DNA of 59,744 nucleotides from NCBI RefSeq assembly GCF_003334255.1, contig NZ_QOWU01000029.1. One strand, written 5' to 3'. A model generated the notes under the pieces. That model saw nothing but the letters and a program-made list of their open reading frames with translations. It searched no databases and was not told the origin of the DNA. Made by a program: the position numbers and the translations under genes. The stretch's first letter is position 1. Each line of letters begins with the position of its first letter. Shown in pieces: positions 29,087 through 38,764 of this stretch. The stretch comes from Escherichia coli (GTDB taxonomy: Bacteria > Pseudomonadota > Gammaproteobacteria > Enterobacterales > Enterobacteriaceae).

Positions 29087-30913
29087 TCAGGCTCCTCGTG
29101 AAACAATAATCACCACCAGTACCGCCAGTTCAACCAGCGCCATCCGGCGGAACAGCAACGCACTCCCCTCGCACTGCCAGCCCGGCACCAGAGACACCGG
29201 ATTCAGCCATTTGCGTAGTTTCAGCACCGGCGCAAACGCCTGTTTCACCGGCATGGCAAAACCGTGAGCGGTAATCACCATTGATTTTTCGTGGTCGTAA
29301 CCGCACACCCAGGCCGCACCGCGGGAACGCGATGGCAAACGATCGCCTTTGCAAATCGCCATAATGATGAATGGCAGCAGCGGGCAGGCAATCAGCAGCA
29401 ACGTGATCATCGGTTGAGAAACGGTGGTGTTAGCAGGCTCCAGCGGCAGAGGTACAGCAGCAGAGAGCATCGGCAGTAGCCACGGCGCAGCAACACCGCC
29501 AATTACGCAGCAAATCGCCAGTGCCACTACGCTTACGCTCATCAGGAGCGGCGCACAGGTGGCGTTTTCGGCTTCTTTGGTGCGCGGCGCGCCGAGGAAC
29601 GTGACGCCATAGACTTTCGCCATACACATCACCGCCAGCGCACCGGTAATTGCCAGCCCCACAGCGAGCAGCGGCCCCAGCAGACGGGCAACAAACGCGC
29701 CACTATTGCTCAGTTTGAAAAATGATTGATAGATAACCCATTCCCCGGCAAAACCATTCAGCGGCGGCAGCGCAGCCATTGCCATCAGCCCGACTAACAT
29801 GGCGATGGAGATAACCGGCATTTTCTTGCCAATACCACCGAGTTTTTCGATATCGCGATGACCGGTACGGAACCAGACGCTCCCCGCCCCGAGGAACAGT
29901 ACGCTTTTGAACAGGCTATGGTTAAGCAGATGGTACAGACCACCGACCAGGCCAAGAGCAATCAGCGCCGGTTGTTCGAGCGCGATACCCGTTACGCCAG
30001 CGCCCAGCCCCAGCAGGATGATGCCGATATTTTCCAGGGTGTGGTAAGCCAGCAGGCGCTGGATGTTGTGCTCCACCAGCGCATACAGACCACCGACAAA
30101 CGCGGTGATCATGCCGAGCACCAGCAGCGCGATCCCCCACCACAGCGGTGCATTACCGCCCAGCAGTGACAGGGTTAAAATGCCCAGCAGGCCAATTTTC
30201 ATGACTACCGTAGAAAACAACGCGGCAGCTGGCGCAGAGGCGTTCGCATGTGCCTGCGGCACCCAGCCGTGCAGCGGAATAATCCCGGCCAGCAGGCCAA
30301 AGCCAATCACTCCGAGCAGCCAGATATCGGAACCGAGCGGCAGCTGTTGCATACGCATATCCAGCAGGCGCAGATCCAGCGTGCCGTAACGCTGCCACAG
30401 CAGCCAGCAAGCAATCGCCAGCAGCAGAGTGCCAAGACGCCCCAGCGCAAACCACAGTTTGCCCTCTTTGCTGTTGCTGGTGAGGAACACCGCGCACAGG
30501 GCCATGATTTCGGCCATTACCACGAACATGCCGAGGTTGCTGGCAATGACGGCGCAGACGGCGGCAGCCATCAACATATTGATCTGCAAGCCGTTGCACT
30601 TCACCTGCGCGTGGCGATGCCAGTCAATGTTGTAGAGGCTGACAAACAGACCGCACAGACCGAGCGTAATCAGCCAAATCGCGTTAAGCGGAGAGATTTG
30701 CACATCGTAGCTTACCAGCGACAGCGCACCGCTCACGCCAACCGCGCCAGTCAGTACAGTGAAGCCCGCGGCTGCCGTATACAGACTACCAACCGCGCCG
30801 CCAATTCCAGCTATCCAGCCACTTAACGCTTTTTGAAAAGAAAAGAGAAATGCCAGAACAGCGGCGGCGACAAACCACGCCACGCCGCTATTGATCAGGG
30901 AAATTGCGCTCAT
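29087..30913 (-). CDS. hycC: Formate hydrogenlyase membrane subunit HycC (NuoL/antiporter-like), 608 aa
   Basis: ORF track; polytopic membrane protein. Confidence 0.93.
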   Translation of the reverse strand: MSAISLINSGVAWFVAAAVLAFLFSFQKALSGWIAGIGGAVGSLYTAAAGFTVLTGAVGVSGALSLVSYDVQISPLNAIWLITLGLCGLFVSLYNIDWHRHAQVKCNGLQINMLMAAAVCAVIASNLGMFVVMAEIMALCAVFLTSNSKEGKLWFALGRLGTLLLAIACWLLWQRYGTLDLRLLDMRMQQLPLGSDIWLLGVIGFGLLAGIIPLHGWVPQAHANASAPAAALFSTVVMKIGLLGILTLSLLGGNAPLWWGIALLVLGMITAFVGGLYALVEHNIQRLLAYHTLENIGIILLGLGAGVTGIALEQPALIALGLVGGLYHLLNHSLFKSVLFLGAGSVWFRTGHRDIEKLGGIGKKMPVISIAMLVGLMAMAALPPLNGFAGEWVIYQSFFKLSNSGAFVARLLGPLLAVGLAITGALAVMCMAKVYGVTFLGAPRTKEAENATCAPLLMSVSVVALAICCVIGGVAAPWLLPMLSAAVPLPLEPANTTVSQPMITLLLIACPLLPFIIMAICKGDRLPSRSRGAAWVCGYDHEKSMVITAHGFAMPVKQAFAPVLKLRKWLNPVSLVPGWQCEGSALLFRRMALVELAVLVVIIVSRGA

Positions 30914-31521
30914 TTAGCCTCTCCACTTTGAGCCTGCTGAAACAAGGTGAGATCGCCAAAGTCCGTGTTAAAGGTCAGCTCACGCTTACGTTTGCTGACG
31001 CGGGCGATATCGGTGTTATCCACCAGATGCAGGGCTTTAGTCGGGCACATCCGCACGCAGGCCGGACCTTGTTCATCAAAGCTACAAAGGTCACATTTGA
31101 CGGCGATCGCGCGAATACCTGGCACCCAGTCAAGCAATGTGCTGACACGCGCCGGAGCAGGCGGTGCCGGTGGCGCTTTCGGGGTATTGGCGTTTGCCGG
31201 AATATCCAGCGGACGGCTGCCGGAAAATTCAATTGCGCCAAACGGGCAGGCGATGCCGCACAGCTTGCAGCTTACGCACAGGCTTTCATTCAACTGCACG
31301 GCCCCATCGACGCGGGTGATGGCGTTAACCGGGCAGACCACCGCGCAGGGTGCATCTTCACAGTGGTGACAGAGCTGCGGCGCAGATTCTTTTTCATTCA
31401 GCATCACTCTCAGGCGCGGCATTGATTGCAGGCCGTGCTGGCGATGCGTCTCTGAACAGGCGGCCTCACAAGTGTGGCAGCCGATACAGAGCGTGGAGTC
31501 AGCAATTACAAAACGATTCAC
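30910..31521 (-). CDS. hycB: Formate hydrogenlyase 4Fe-4S subunit HycB, 203 aa
   Basis: ORF track; multiple ferredoxin-type Cys motifs. Confidence 0.93.
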   Translation of the reverse strand: MNRFVIADSTLCIGCHTCEAACSETHRQHGLQSMPRLRVMLNEKESAPQLCHHCEDAPCAVVCPVNAITRVDGAVQLNESLCVSCKLCGIACPFGAIEFSGSRPLDIPANANTPKAPPAPPAPARVSTLLDWVPGIRAIAVKCDLCSFDEQGPACVRMCPTKALHLVDNTDIARVSKRKRELTFNTDFGDLTLFQQAQSGEAK

Positions 31522-31645
31522 CAGGCATTCCTCAGGTGATTGTCATTTTTGACGAAAACATGCCGATGAAATGTCATTTTCGACACTCATCGACACGCCC
31601 ATCCCCAAACAGGCGTAACGCCTGCAAAACGGGCAAAGCCTCAGC

Positions 31646-32107
31646 TCATGCTGCCGGGCTTTGTCCCTTTACCAGTTGGCTTAAATTCACCGGCACATTG
31701 TTTTCAATAGCGGTGTATAAGCTGTCGTAAACGCCAGCGATTTTTTCGAGATAGTGTTCCAGAACCTGTTCGCGATCGCGGATGTTGACCTTGCCATCAA
31801 TCATGCCGTCAATGCTCAGTTGCGCCTGCGCAATCCGCTGTTTGTCTTCGCCATCTTTTGTTTCGACGTAATACTCGATGGTGTGGCTGTTAAAGCCATC
31901 CGCCAGGGTGACGTAAATGCGAAAATGTTCAAAAAGGACGAAACAGAGTTCTTTGTCCGGCGCGCAGCTCATGGCGTGATGCAGGCGCGCTTTCGATAAC
32001 GTGATCCCCTGAACCAGCGAATTGCAGTAGATGTGCCACTGGTCCTGTAGGCGACGATGCCGCTGTGCGATGTAATCGGCTTTCTCGCTTATTTCCCAAA
32101 TAGTCAT
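31646..32107 (-). CDS. hycA: Formate hydrogenlyase regulatory protein HycA, 153 aa
   Basis: ORF track; first gene of the hyc operon, divergent from hypA. Confidence 0.92.
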   Translation of the reverse strand: MTIWEISEKADYIAQRHRRLQDQWHIYCNSLVQGITLSKARLHHAMSCAPDKELCFVLFEHFRIYVTLADGFNSHTIEYYVETKDGEDKQRIAQAQLSIDGMIDGKVNIRDREQVLEHYLEKIAGVYDSLYTAIENNVPVNLSQLVKGQSPAA

Positions 32108-32142
32108 TGTCAGGTTACCCGTTTAACAGAGATGCCAGCTTT

Positions 32143-32159
32143 AAGCATTTTTTGTGCCA
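32143..32159 (-). promoter_or_regulatory. Putative sigma54 (-24/-12) promoter for the hyc operon
   Basis: Minus strand reads tTGGCACaaaaaaTGCtt about 36 bp upstream of hycA. Confidence 0.6.
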
Positions 32160-32216
32160 ACTTTTAATTTATTGTTATTAAAGAGATTTTTAAGCTAAAG
32201 ATGAATTTCGTCGCCG

Positions 32217-32246
32217 TGTCGACGTGTCATTTCGACATCATCGACA
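32217..32246. promoter_or_regulatory. Putative FhlA upstream activating sequence between the hyc and hyp promoters
   Basis: tgtcgacgtgtcatttcgacatcatcgaca contains repeated TGTCG / CGACA inverted elements midway between the two sigma54 promoters. Confidence 0.45.
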
Positions 32247-32273
32247 TTATTCACCGCAGGGATAATCAACACT

Positions 32274-32290
32274 GGCACAATTATTGCTTG
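32274..32290 (+). promoter_or_regulatory. Putative sigma54 (-24/-12) promoter for hypABCDE-fhlA
   Basis: TGGCACaattaTTGCtt about 30 bp upstream of the hypA start. Confidence 0.65.
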
Positions 32291-32318
32291 TAGCTGGCAA
32301 TAGTTAATGGGAGGCGAT

Positions 32319-32669
32319 ATGCACGAAATAACCCTCTGCCAACGGGCACTGGAATTGATCGAACAGCAGGCCGCAAAACACGGCGCAAAACGCGTAACTG
32401 GGGTCTGGCTCAAAATTGGCGCATTTTCTTGTGTCGAAACCAGCTCTCTTGCCTTTTGTTTTGATCTGGTTTGCCGCGGCAGCGTGGCGGAAGGTTGTAA
32501 ACTGCACCTCGAAGAACAAGAGGCCGAATGCTGGTGTGAAACATGCCAACAGTATGTGACGCTACTGACCCAGCGCGTCCGCCGCTGTCCACAGTGTCAT
32601 GGTGACATGCTGCAGATTGTGGCAGACGACGGTTTACAGATTCGGCGGATAGAAATAGACCAGGAGTGA
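32319..32669 (+). CDS. hypA: Hydrogenase nickel-incorporation protein HypA, about 116 aa; the track ORF starts 12 nt upstream at 32307
   Basis: ORF track; MHEITLCQ start and C-terminal CxxC...CxxC zinc site. Confidence 0.94.
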   Translation: MHEITLCQRALELIEQQAAKHGAKRVTGVWLKIGAFSCVETSSLAFCFDLVCRGSVAEGCKLHLEEQEAECWCETCQQYVTLLTQRVRRCPQCHGDMLQIVADDGLQIRRIEIDQE

Positions 32670-32672
32670 GCG

Positions 32673-33545
32673 ATGTGTACAACATGCGGTTGCGGTGAAG
32701 GCAACCTGTATATCGAGGGTGATGAACATAACCCTCATTCCGCGTTTCGTAGCGCGCCATTTGCCCCGGCGGCACGCCCGAAGATGAAAATCACCGGCAT
32801 TAAAGCGCCTGAATTTACCCCCAGCCAGACTGAAGAAGGCGACCTGCATTACGGTCATGGCGAAGCGGGCACTCACGCACCGGGCATGAGCCAGCGTCGG
32901 ATGCTGGAAGTCGAAATTGACGTGCTGGACAAAAATAACCGTCTGGCTGAACGCAACCGCGCGCGCTTTGCTGCCCGCAAGCAACTGGTGCTCAACCTGG
33001 TTTCCAGCCCTGGTTCCGGTAAAACCACCCTGCTGACGGAAACCCTAATGCGCCTGAAAGACAGCGTTCCGTGCGCAGTTATTGAAGGCGACCAGCAAAC
33101 CGTGAACGATGCCGCACGCATTCGCGCTACCGGCACACCAGCGATTCAGGTGAACACCGGTAAAGGCTGCCATCTTGACGCACAGATGATTGCCGACGCC
33201 GCACCGCGTCTGCCACTGGACGATAACGGTATTCTGTTTATCGAAAACGTTGGCAACCTCGTATGCCCGGCCAGCTTCGATCTCGGTGAAAAACACAAAG
33301 TGGCGGTGCTTTCCGTTACCGAAGGTGAAGACAAACCGCTGAAATATCCGCATATGTTTGCCGCCGCCTCGCTGATGCTGCTCAACAAAGTTGACCTGTT
33401 GCCGTATCTCAACTTTGACGTTGAAAAGTGCATCGCCTGCGCCCGCGAAGTCAATCCAGAAATTGAAATCATCCTTATTTCCGCCACCAGCGGCGAAGGG
33501 ATGGACCAGTGGCTGAACTGGCTGGAGACACAGCGATGTGCATAG
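32673..33545 (+). CDS. hypB: Hydrogenase maturation GTPase/nickel-binding protein HypB, 290 aa
   Basis: ORF track; N-terminal [10 protein letters not shown] metal-binding motif and GSGKTT P-loop. Confidence 0.95.
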   Translation: MCTTCGCGEGNLYIEGDEHNPHSAFRSAPFAPAARPKMKITGIKAPEFTPSQTEEGDLHYGHGEAGTHAPGMSQRRMLEVEIDVLDKNNRLAERNRARFAARKQLVLNLVSSPGSGKTTLLTETLMRLKDSVPCAVIEGDQQTVNDAARIRATGTPAIQVNTGKGCHLDAQMIADAAPRLPLDDNGILFIENVGNLVCPASFDLGEKHKVAVLSVTEGEDKPLKYPHMFAAASLMLLNKVDLLPYLNFDVEKCIACAREVNPEIEIILISATSGEGMDQWLNWLETQRCA

Positions 33546-33808
33546 GCGTTCCCGGCCAGATCCGCACCATTGACGGCAACCAGGCGAAAGTCGACGTCTG
33601 CGGCATTCAGCGCGATGTCGATTTAACGTTAGTCGGCAGCTGCGATGAAAACGGTCAGCCGCGCGTGGGCCAGTGGGTACTGGTACACGTTGGCTTTGCC
33701 ATGAGCGTAATTAATGAAGCCGAAGCACGCGACACTCTCGACGCCTTACAAAACATGTTTGACGTTGAGCCGGATGTCGGCGCGCTGTTGTATGGCGAGG
33801 AAAAATAA
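33536..33808 (+). CDS. hypC: Hydrogenase maturation chaperone HypC, about 90 aa; the track ORF starts at 33509
   Basis: ORF track; canonical MC(I/L)G(V/I)P N-terminus (MCIGVPGQI). Confidence 0.93.
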   Translation: MCIGVPGQIRTIDGNQAKVDVCGIQRDVDLTLVGSCDENGQPRVGQWVLVHVGFAMSVINEAEARDTLDALQNMFDVEPDVGALLYGEEK

Positions 33809-34929
33809 TGCGTTTTGTTGATGAATATCGCGCGCCGGAACAGGTGATGCAGTTAATTGAGCATCTGCGCGAACGTGCTTCACATCTCTCTTACACCGCC
33901 GAACGCCCTCTGCGGATTATGGAAGTGTGTGGCGGTCATACCCACGCTATCTTTAAATTCGGCCTCGACCAGTTACTGCCGGAAAACGTTGAGTTTATCC
34001 ACGGTCCGGGGTGCCCGGTGTGCGTACTGCCGATGGGTAGAATCGACACCTGCGTGGAGATTGCCAGCCATCCGGAAGTCATCTTCTGTACCTTTGGCGA
34101 CGCCATGCGCGTGCCGGGGAAACAGGGATCGCTGTTGCAGGCAAAAGCACGCGGTGCCGATGTGCGCATCGTTTACTCGCCGATGGATGCGTTGAAACTG
34201 GCGCAGGAGAATCCAACCCGCAAAGTGGTGTTCTTCGGCTTAGGTTTTGAAACCACTATGCCGACCACCGCTATCACTCTGCAACAGGCGAAAGCGCGTG
34301 ATGTGCAGAATTTTTACTTCTTCTGCCAGCACATTACGCTTATCCCGACGTTGCGCAGTTTGCTGGAACAGCCGGATAACGGTATCGATGCGTTCCTCGC
34401 GCCGGGTCACGTCAGTATGGTTATCGGCACCGACGCCTATAATTTTATCGCCAGCGATTTTCATCGTCCGCTGGTGGTTGCTGGATTCGAACCCCTTGAT
34501 CTACTACAAGGCGTGGTCATGCTGGTGCAGCAGAAAATAGCGGCCCACAGCAAGGTAGAGAATCAGTATCGTCGAGTGGTACCGGATGCCGGTAACCTGC
34601 TGGCGCAACAGGCGATTGCCGATGTGTTCTGTGTCAACGGCGACAGCGAATGGCGCGGCTTAGGCGTGATTGAATCTTCTGGCGTGCACCTGACGCCGGA
34701 TTATCAACGATTCGATGCCGAAGCACATTTCCGCCCGGCACCGCAGCAGGTCTGCGATGACCCGCGCGCGCGTTGTGGTGAGGTATTAACGGGCAAATGT
34801 AAGCCGCATCAATGCCCGCTGTTTGGTAACACCTGTAATCCTCAAACCGCGTTTGGTGCGCTGATGGTTTCCTCCGAAGGAGCGTGCGCCGCGTGGTATC
34901 AGTATCGTCAGCAGGAGAGTGAAGCGTGA
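33808..34929 (+). CDS. hypD: Hydrogenase maturation factor HypD, 373 aa
   Basis: ORF track; conserved CGxH, GPGCPVC and CPVC motifs. Confidence 0.95.
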   Translation: MRFVDEYRAPEQVMQLIEHLRERASHLSYTAERPLRIMEVCGGHTHAIFKFGLDQLLPENVEFIHGPGCPVCVLPMGRIDTCVEIASHPEVIFCTFGDAMRVPGKQGSLLQAKARGADVRIVYSPMDALKLAQENPTRKVVFFGLGFETTMPTTAITLQQAKARDVQNFYFFCQHITLIPTLRSLLEQPDNGIDAFLAPGHVSMVIGTDAYNFIASDFHRPLVVAGFEPLDLLQGVVMLVQQKIAAHSKVENQYRRVVPDAGNLLAQQAIADVFCVNGDSEWRGLGVIESSGVHLTPDYQRFDAEAHFRPAPQQVCDDPRARCGEVLTGKCKPHQCPLFGNTCNPQTAFGALMVSSEGACAAWYQYRQQESEA

Positions 34930-35936
34930 ATAATATCCAACTCGCCCACGGTAGCGGCGGCCAGGCGATGCAGCAATTAATCAACAGCCTGTTTATGGAA
35001 GCCTTTGCCAACCCGTGGCTGGCAGAGCAGGAAGATCAGGCACGTCTTGATCTGGCGCAGCTGGTAGCGGAAGGCGACCGTCTGGCGTTCTCCACCGACA
35101 GTTACGTTATTGACCCGCTGTTCTTCCCTGGCGGTAATATCGGCAAGCTGGCGATTTGCGGCACAGCCAATGACGTTGCGGTCAGTGGCGCTATTCCGCG
35201 CTATCTCTCCTGTGGCTTTATCCTCGAAGAAGGATTGCCGATGGAGACACTGAAAGCCGTAGTGACCAGCATGGCAGAAACCGCCCGCGCGGCAGGCATT
35301 GCCATCGTTACTGGCGATACTAAAGTGGTGCAGCGCGGCGCGGTAGATAAACTGTTTATCAACACCGCTGGCATGGGCGCAATTCCGGCGAATATTCACT
35401 GGGGCGCACAGACGCTAACCGCAGGCGATGTATTGCTGGTGAGCGGTACACTCGGCGACCACGGGGCGACTATCCTTAACCTGCGTGAGCAGCTGGGGCT
35501 GGATGGCGAACTGGTCAGCGACTGCGCGGTGCTGACGCCGCTTATTCAGACGCTGCGTGACATTCCCGGCGTGAAAGCGCTGCGTGATGCCACCCGTGGT
35601 GGTGTAAACGCGGTGGTTCATGAGTTCGCGGCAGCCTGCGGTTGTGGTATTGAACTTTCAGAAGCGGCACTGCCTGTTAAACCTGCCGTGCGTGGCGTTT
35701 GCGAATTGCTGGGACTGGACGCCCTGAACTTTGCCAACGAAGGCAAACTAGTAATAGCTGTTGAACGCAACGCGGCAGAGCAAGTGCTGGCAGCGTTACA
35801 TTCCCATCCACTGGGGAAAGACGCGGCGCTGATTGGTGAAGTGGTGGAACGTAAAGGTGTTCGTCTTGCCGGTCTGTATGGCGTGAAACGAACCCTCGAT
35901 TTACCACACGCCGAACCGCTTCCGCGTATATGCTAA
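34926..35936 (+). CDS. hypE: Hydrogenase maturation carbamoyl dehydratase HypE, 336 aa
   Basis: ORF track; PurM-like fold with C-terminal PRIC motif. Confidence 0.95.
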   Translation: MNNIQLAHGSGGQAMQQLINSLFMEAFANPWLAEQEDQARLDLAQLVAEGDRLAFSTDSYVIDPLFFPGGNIGKLAICGTANDVAVSGAIPRYLSCGFILEEGLPMETLKAVVTSMAETARAAGIAIVTGDTKVVQRGAVDKLFINTAGMGAIPANIHWGAQTLTAGDVLLVSGTLGDHGATILNLREQLGLDGELVSDCAVLTPLIQTLRDIPGVKALRDATRGGVNAVVHEFAAACGCGIELSEAALPVKPAVRGVCELLGLDALNFANEGKLVIAVERNAAEQVLAALHSHPLGKDAALIGEVVERKGVRLAGLYGVKRTLDLPHAEPLPRIC

Positions 35937-36009
35937 TAAAATTCTAAATCTCCTATAGTTAGTCAATGACCTTTTGCACCGCTTTGCGGTGCTTTCCTGG
36001 AAGAACAAA

Positions 36010-38088
36010 ATGTCATATACACCGATGAGTGATCTCGGACAACAAGGGTTGTTCGACATCACTCGGACACTATTGCAGCAGCCCGATCTGGCCTCGCTGT
36101 GTGAGGCTCTTTCGCAACTGGTAAAGCGTTCTGCGCTCGCCGACAACGCGGCTATTGTGTTGTGGCAAGCGCAGACTCAACGTGCGTCTTATTACGCGTC
36201 GCGTGAAAAAGACACCCCCATTAAATATGAAGACGAAACTGTTCTGGCACACGGTCCGGTACGCAGCATTTTGTCGCGCCCTGATACGCTGCATTGCAGT
36301 TACGAAGAATTTTGTGAAACCTGGCCGCAGCTGGACGCAGGTGGGCTATACCCAAAATTTGGTCACTATTGCCTGATGCCACTGGCGGCGGAAGGGCATA
36401 TTTTTGGTGGCTGTGAATTTATTCGTTATGACGATCGCCCCTGGAGCGAAAAAGAGTTCAATCGTCTGCAAACATTTACGCAGATCGTTTCTGTCGTCAC
36501 CGAACAAATCCAGAGCCGCGTCGTTAACAATGTCGACTATGAGTTGTTATGCCGGGAACGCGATAACTTCCGCATCCTGGTCGCCATCACCAACGCGGTG
36601 CTTTCCCGCCTGGATATGGACGAACTGGTCAGCGAAGTCGCCAAAGAAATCCATTACTATTTCGACATTGACGATATCAGTATCGTCTTACGCAGCCACC
36701 GTAAAAACAAACTCAACATCTACTCCACTCACTATCTTGATAAACAGCATCCCGCCCACGAACAGAGCGAAGTCGATGAAGCCGGAACCCTCACCGAACG
36801 CGTGTTCAAAAGTAAAGAGATGCTGCTGATCAATCTCCACGAGCGGGACGATTTAGCCCCCTATGAACGCATGTTGTTCGACACCTGGGGCAACCAGATT
36901 CAAACCTTGTGCCTGTTACCGCTGATGTCTGGCGACACCATGCTGGGCGTGCTGAAACTGGCGCAATGCGAAGAGAAAGTGTTTACCACTACCAATCTGA
37001 ATTTACTGCGCCAGATTGCCGAACGTGTGGCAATCGCTGTCGATAACGCCCTCGCCTATCAGGAAATCCATCGTCTGAAAGAACGGCTGGTTGATGAAAA
37101 CCTCGCCCTGACCGAGCAGCTCAACAATGTTGATAGTGAATTTGGCGAGATTATTGGCCGCAGCGAAGCCATGTACAGCGTGCTTAAACAAGTTGAAATG
37201 GTGGCGCAAAGTGACAGTACCGTGCTGATCCTCGGTGAAACTGGCACGGGTAAAGAGCTGATTGCCCGTGCGATCCATAATCTCAGTGGGCGTAATAATC
37301 GCCGCATGGTCAAAATGAACTGCGCGGCGATGCCTGCCGGATTGCTGGAAAGCGATCTGTTTGGTCATGAGCGTGGGGCTTTTACCGGTGCCAGCGCCCA
37401 GCGTATCGGTCGTTTTGAACTGGCGGATAAAAGCTCCCTGTTCCTCGACGAAGTGGGCGATATGCCACTGGAGTTACAGCCGAAGTTGCTGCGTGTATTG
37501 CAGGAACAGGAGTTTGAACGTCTCGGCAGCAACAAAATCATTCAGACGGACGTGCGTCTAATCGCCGCGACTAACCGCGATCTGAAAAAAATGGTCGCCG
37601 ACCGTGAGTTCCGTAGCGATCTCTATTACCGCCTGAACGTATTCCCGATTCACCTGCCGCCACTACGCGAGCGTCCGGAAGATATTCCGCTGCTGGCGAA
37701 AGCCTTTACCTTCAAAATTGCCCGTCGTCTGGGGCGCAATATCGACAGCATTCCTGCCGAGACGCTGCGCACCTTGAGCAACATGGAGTGGCCGGGTAAC
37801 GTACGCGAACTGGAAAACGTCATTGAGCGCGCGGTATTGCTAACACGCGGTAACGTGCTGCAGCTGTCATTGCCAGATATTGTTTTACCGGAACCTGAAA
37901 CGCCGCCTGCCGCAACGGTTGTCGCCCTGGAGGGCGAAGATGAATATCAGTTGATTGTGCGCGTGCTGAAAGAAACCAACGGCGTGGTTGCCGGGCCTAA
38001 AGGCGCTGCGCAACGTCTGGGGCTGAAACGCACGACCCTGCTGTCACGGATGAAGCGGCTGGGAATTGATAAATCGGCATTGATTTAA
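36010..38088 (+). CDS. fhlA: Formate hydrogenlyase transcriptional activator FhlA (sigma54-dependent), about 692 aa; the track ORF starts at 35974
   Basis: ORF track; GAF domains, AAA+ sigma54-interaction core ([14 protein letters not shown]) and C-terminal HTH. Confidence 0.95.
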   Translation: MSYTPMSDLGQQGLFDITRTLLQQPDLASLCEALSQLVKRSALADNAAIVLWQAQTQRASYYASREKDTPIKYEDETVLAHGPVRSILSRPDTLHCSYEEFCETWPQLDAGGLYPKFGHYCLMPLAAEGHIFGGCEFIRYDDRPWSEKEFNRLQTFTQIVSVVTEQIQSRVVNNVDYELLCRERDNFRILVAITNAVLSRLDMDELVSEVAKEIHYYFDIDDISIVLRSHRKNKLNIYSTHYLDKQHPAHEQSEVDEAGTLTERVFKSKEMLLINLHERDDLAPYERMLFDTWGNQIQTLCLLPLMSGDTMLGVLKLAQCEEKVFTTTNLNLLRQIAERVAIAVDNALAYQEIHRLKERLVDENLALTEQLNNVDSEFGEIIGRSEAMYSVLKQVEMVAQSDSTVLILGETGTGKELIARAIHNLSGRNNRRMVKMNCAAMPAGLLESDLFGHERGAFTGASAQRIGRFELADKSSLFLDEVGDMPLELQPKLLRVLQEQEFERLGSNKIIQTDVRLIAATNRDLKKMVADREFRSDLYYRLNVFPIHLPPLRERPEDIPLLAKAFTFKIARRLGRNIDSIPAETLRTLSNMEWPGNVRELENVIERAVLLTRGNVLQLSLPDIVLPEPETPPAATVVALEGEDEYQLIVRVLKETNGVVAGPKGAAQRLGLKRTTLLSRMKRLGIDKSALI

Positions 38089-38124
38089 CTGCAAATTGCC
38101 GGACAGATCTGCCTGTCCGGCATA

Positions 38125-38478
38125 CTATTCATGAGGTTTTTTCGGACGATATTTTTCCGGCAGTTCTGGCACCGGACGCTTGTCATCGATGAGATGACGC
38201 ACGGTTAAGATCGGATGACGCCACAGCATTCTCGGCCCGGCCCAACGCATAATCTGTTTCATCTCTTCACGCTTTGCAGGCTGGTAACAGTGCACCGGAC
38301 ACTGCTTACAGGCTGGTTTCTCTTCGCCGAACACACATTTATCCAGCCGCTTTTGCGCGTAAACAAACAACGCCTCGTAATGCTCCGGCTCCGCTGACGC
38401 CTGCGGGCATTTCGTTTGATAAAGATCGATCATTTTTTTAATCGTCAGTTTTTCACGAGAGATACGCTTGCCGGACAT
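38125..38478 (-). CDS. ygbA: Nitrous oxide-stimulated promoter family protein YgbA, 117 aa
   Basis: ORF track; cysteine-containing small protein between fhlA and mutS. Confidence 0.85.
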   Translation of the reverse strand: MSGKRISREKLTIKKMIDLYQTKCPQASAEPEHYEALFVYAQKRLDKCVFGEEKPACKQCPVHCYQPAKREEMKQIMRWAGPRMLWRHPILTVRHLIDDKRPVPELPEKYRPKKPHE

Positions 38479-38495
38479 GCTGCCTCCACCTCATT

Positions 38496-38518
38496 AAGAT
38501 GTATTTATATTACATCTT
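38496..38518. promoter_or_regulatory. NsrR-type operator palindrome just upstream of ygbA
   Basis: aagatgtattt-a-tattacatctt is a near-perfect 11-1-11 inverted repeat about 18 bp upstream of the ygbA start. Confidence 0.7.
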
Positions 38519-38764
38519 AATCTTAAAGGGCACTATGACTCCAAAGAAGAAGGGTTAGCCAACCGATACAATTTTGCGTACTTGCTTCATAAGCATCACG
38601 CAAAAGCTGCAAAACAGCATCTTTCCCGGAACCAGCATCAAGAACTCGCCGTTCGCTTCTTCCCCTGAAATGATTAACTCCGGTATCATGTGCGCCTTAT
38701 GTGATTACAACGAAAATAAAAACCATCACACCCCATTTAATATCAGGGAACCGGACATAACCCC

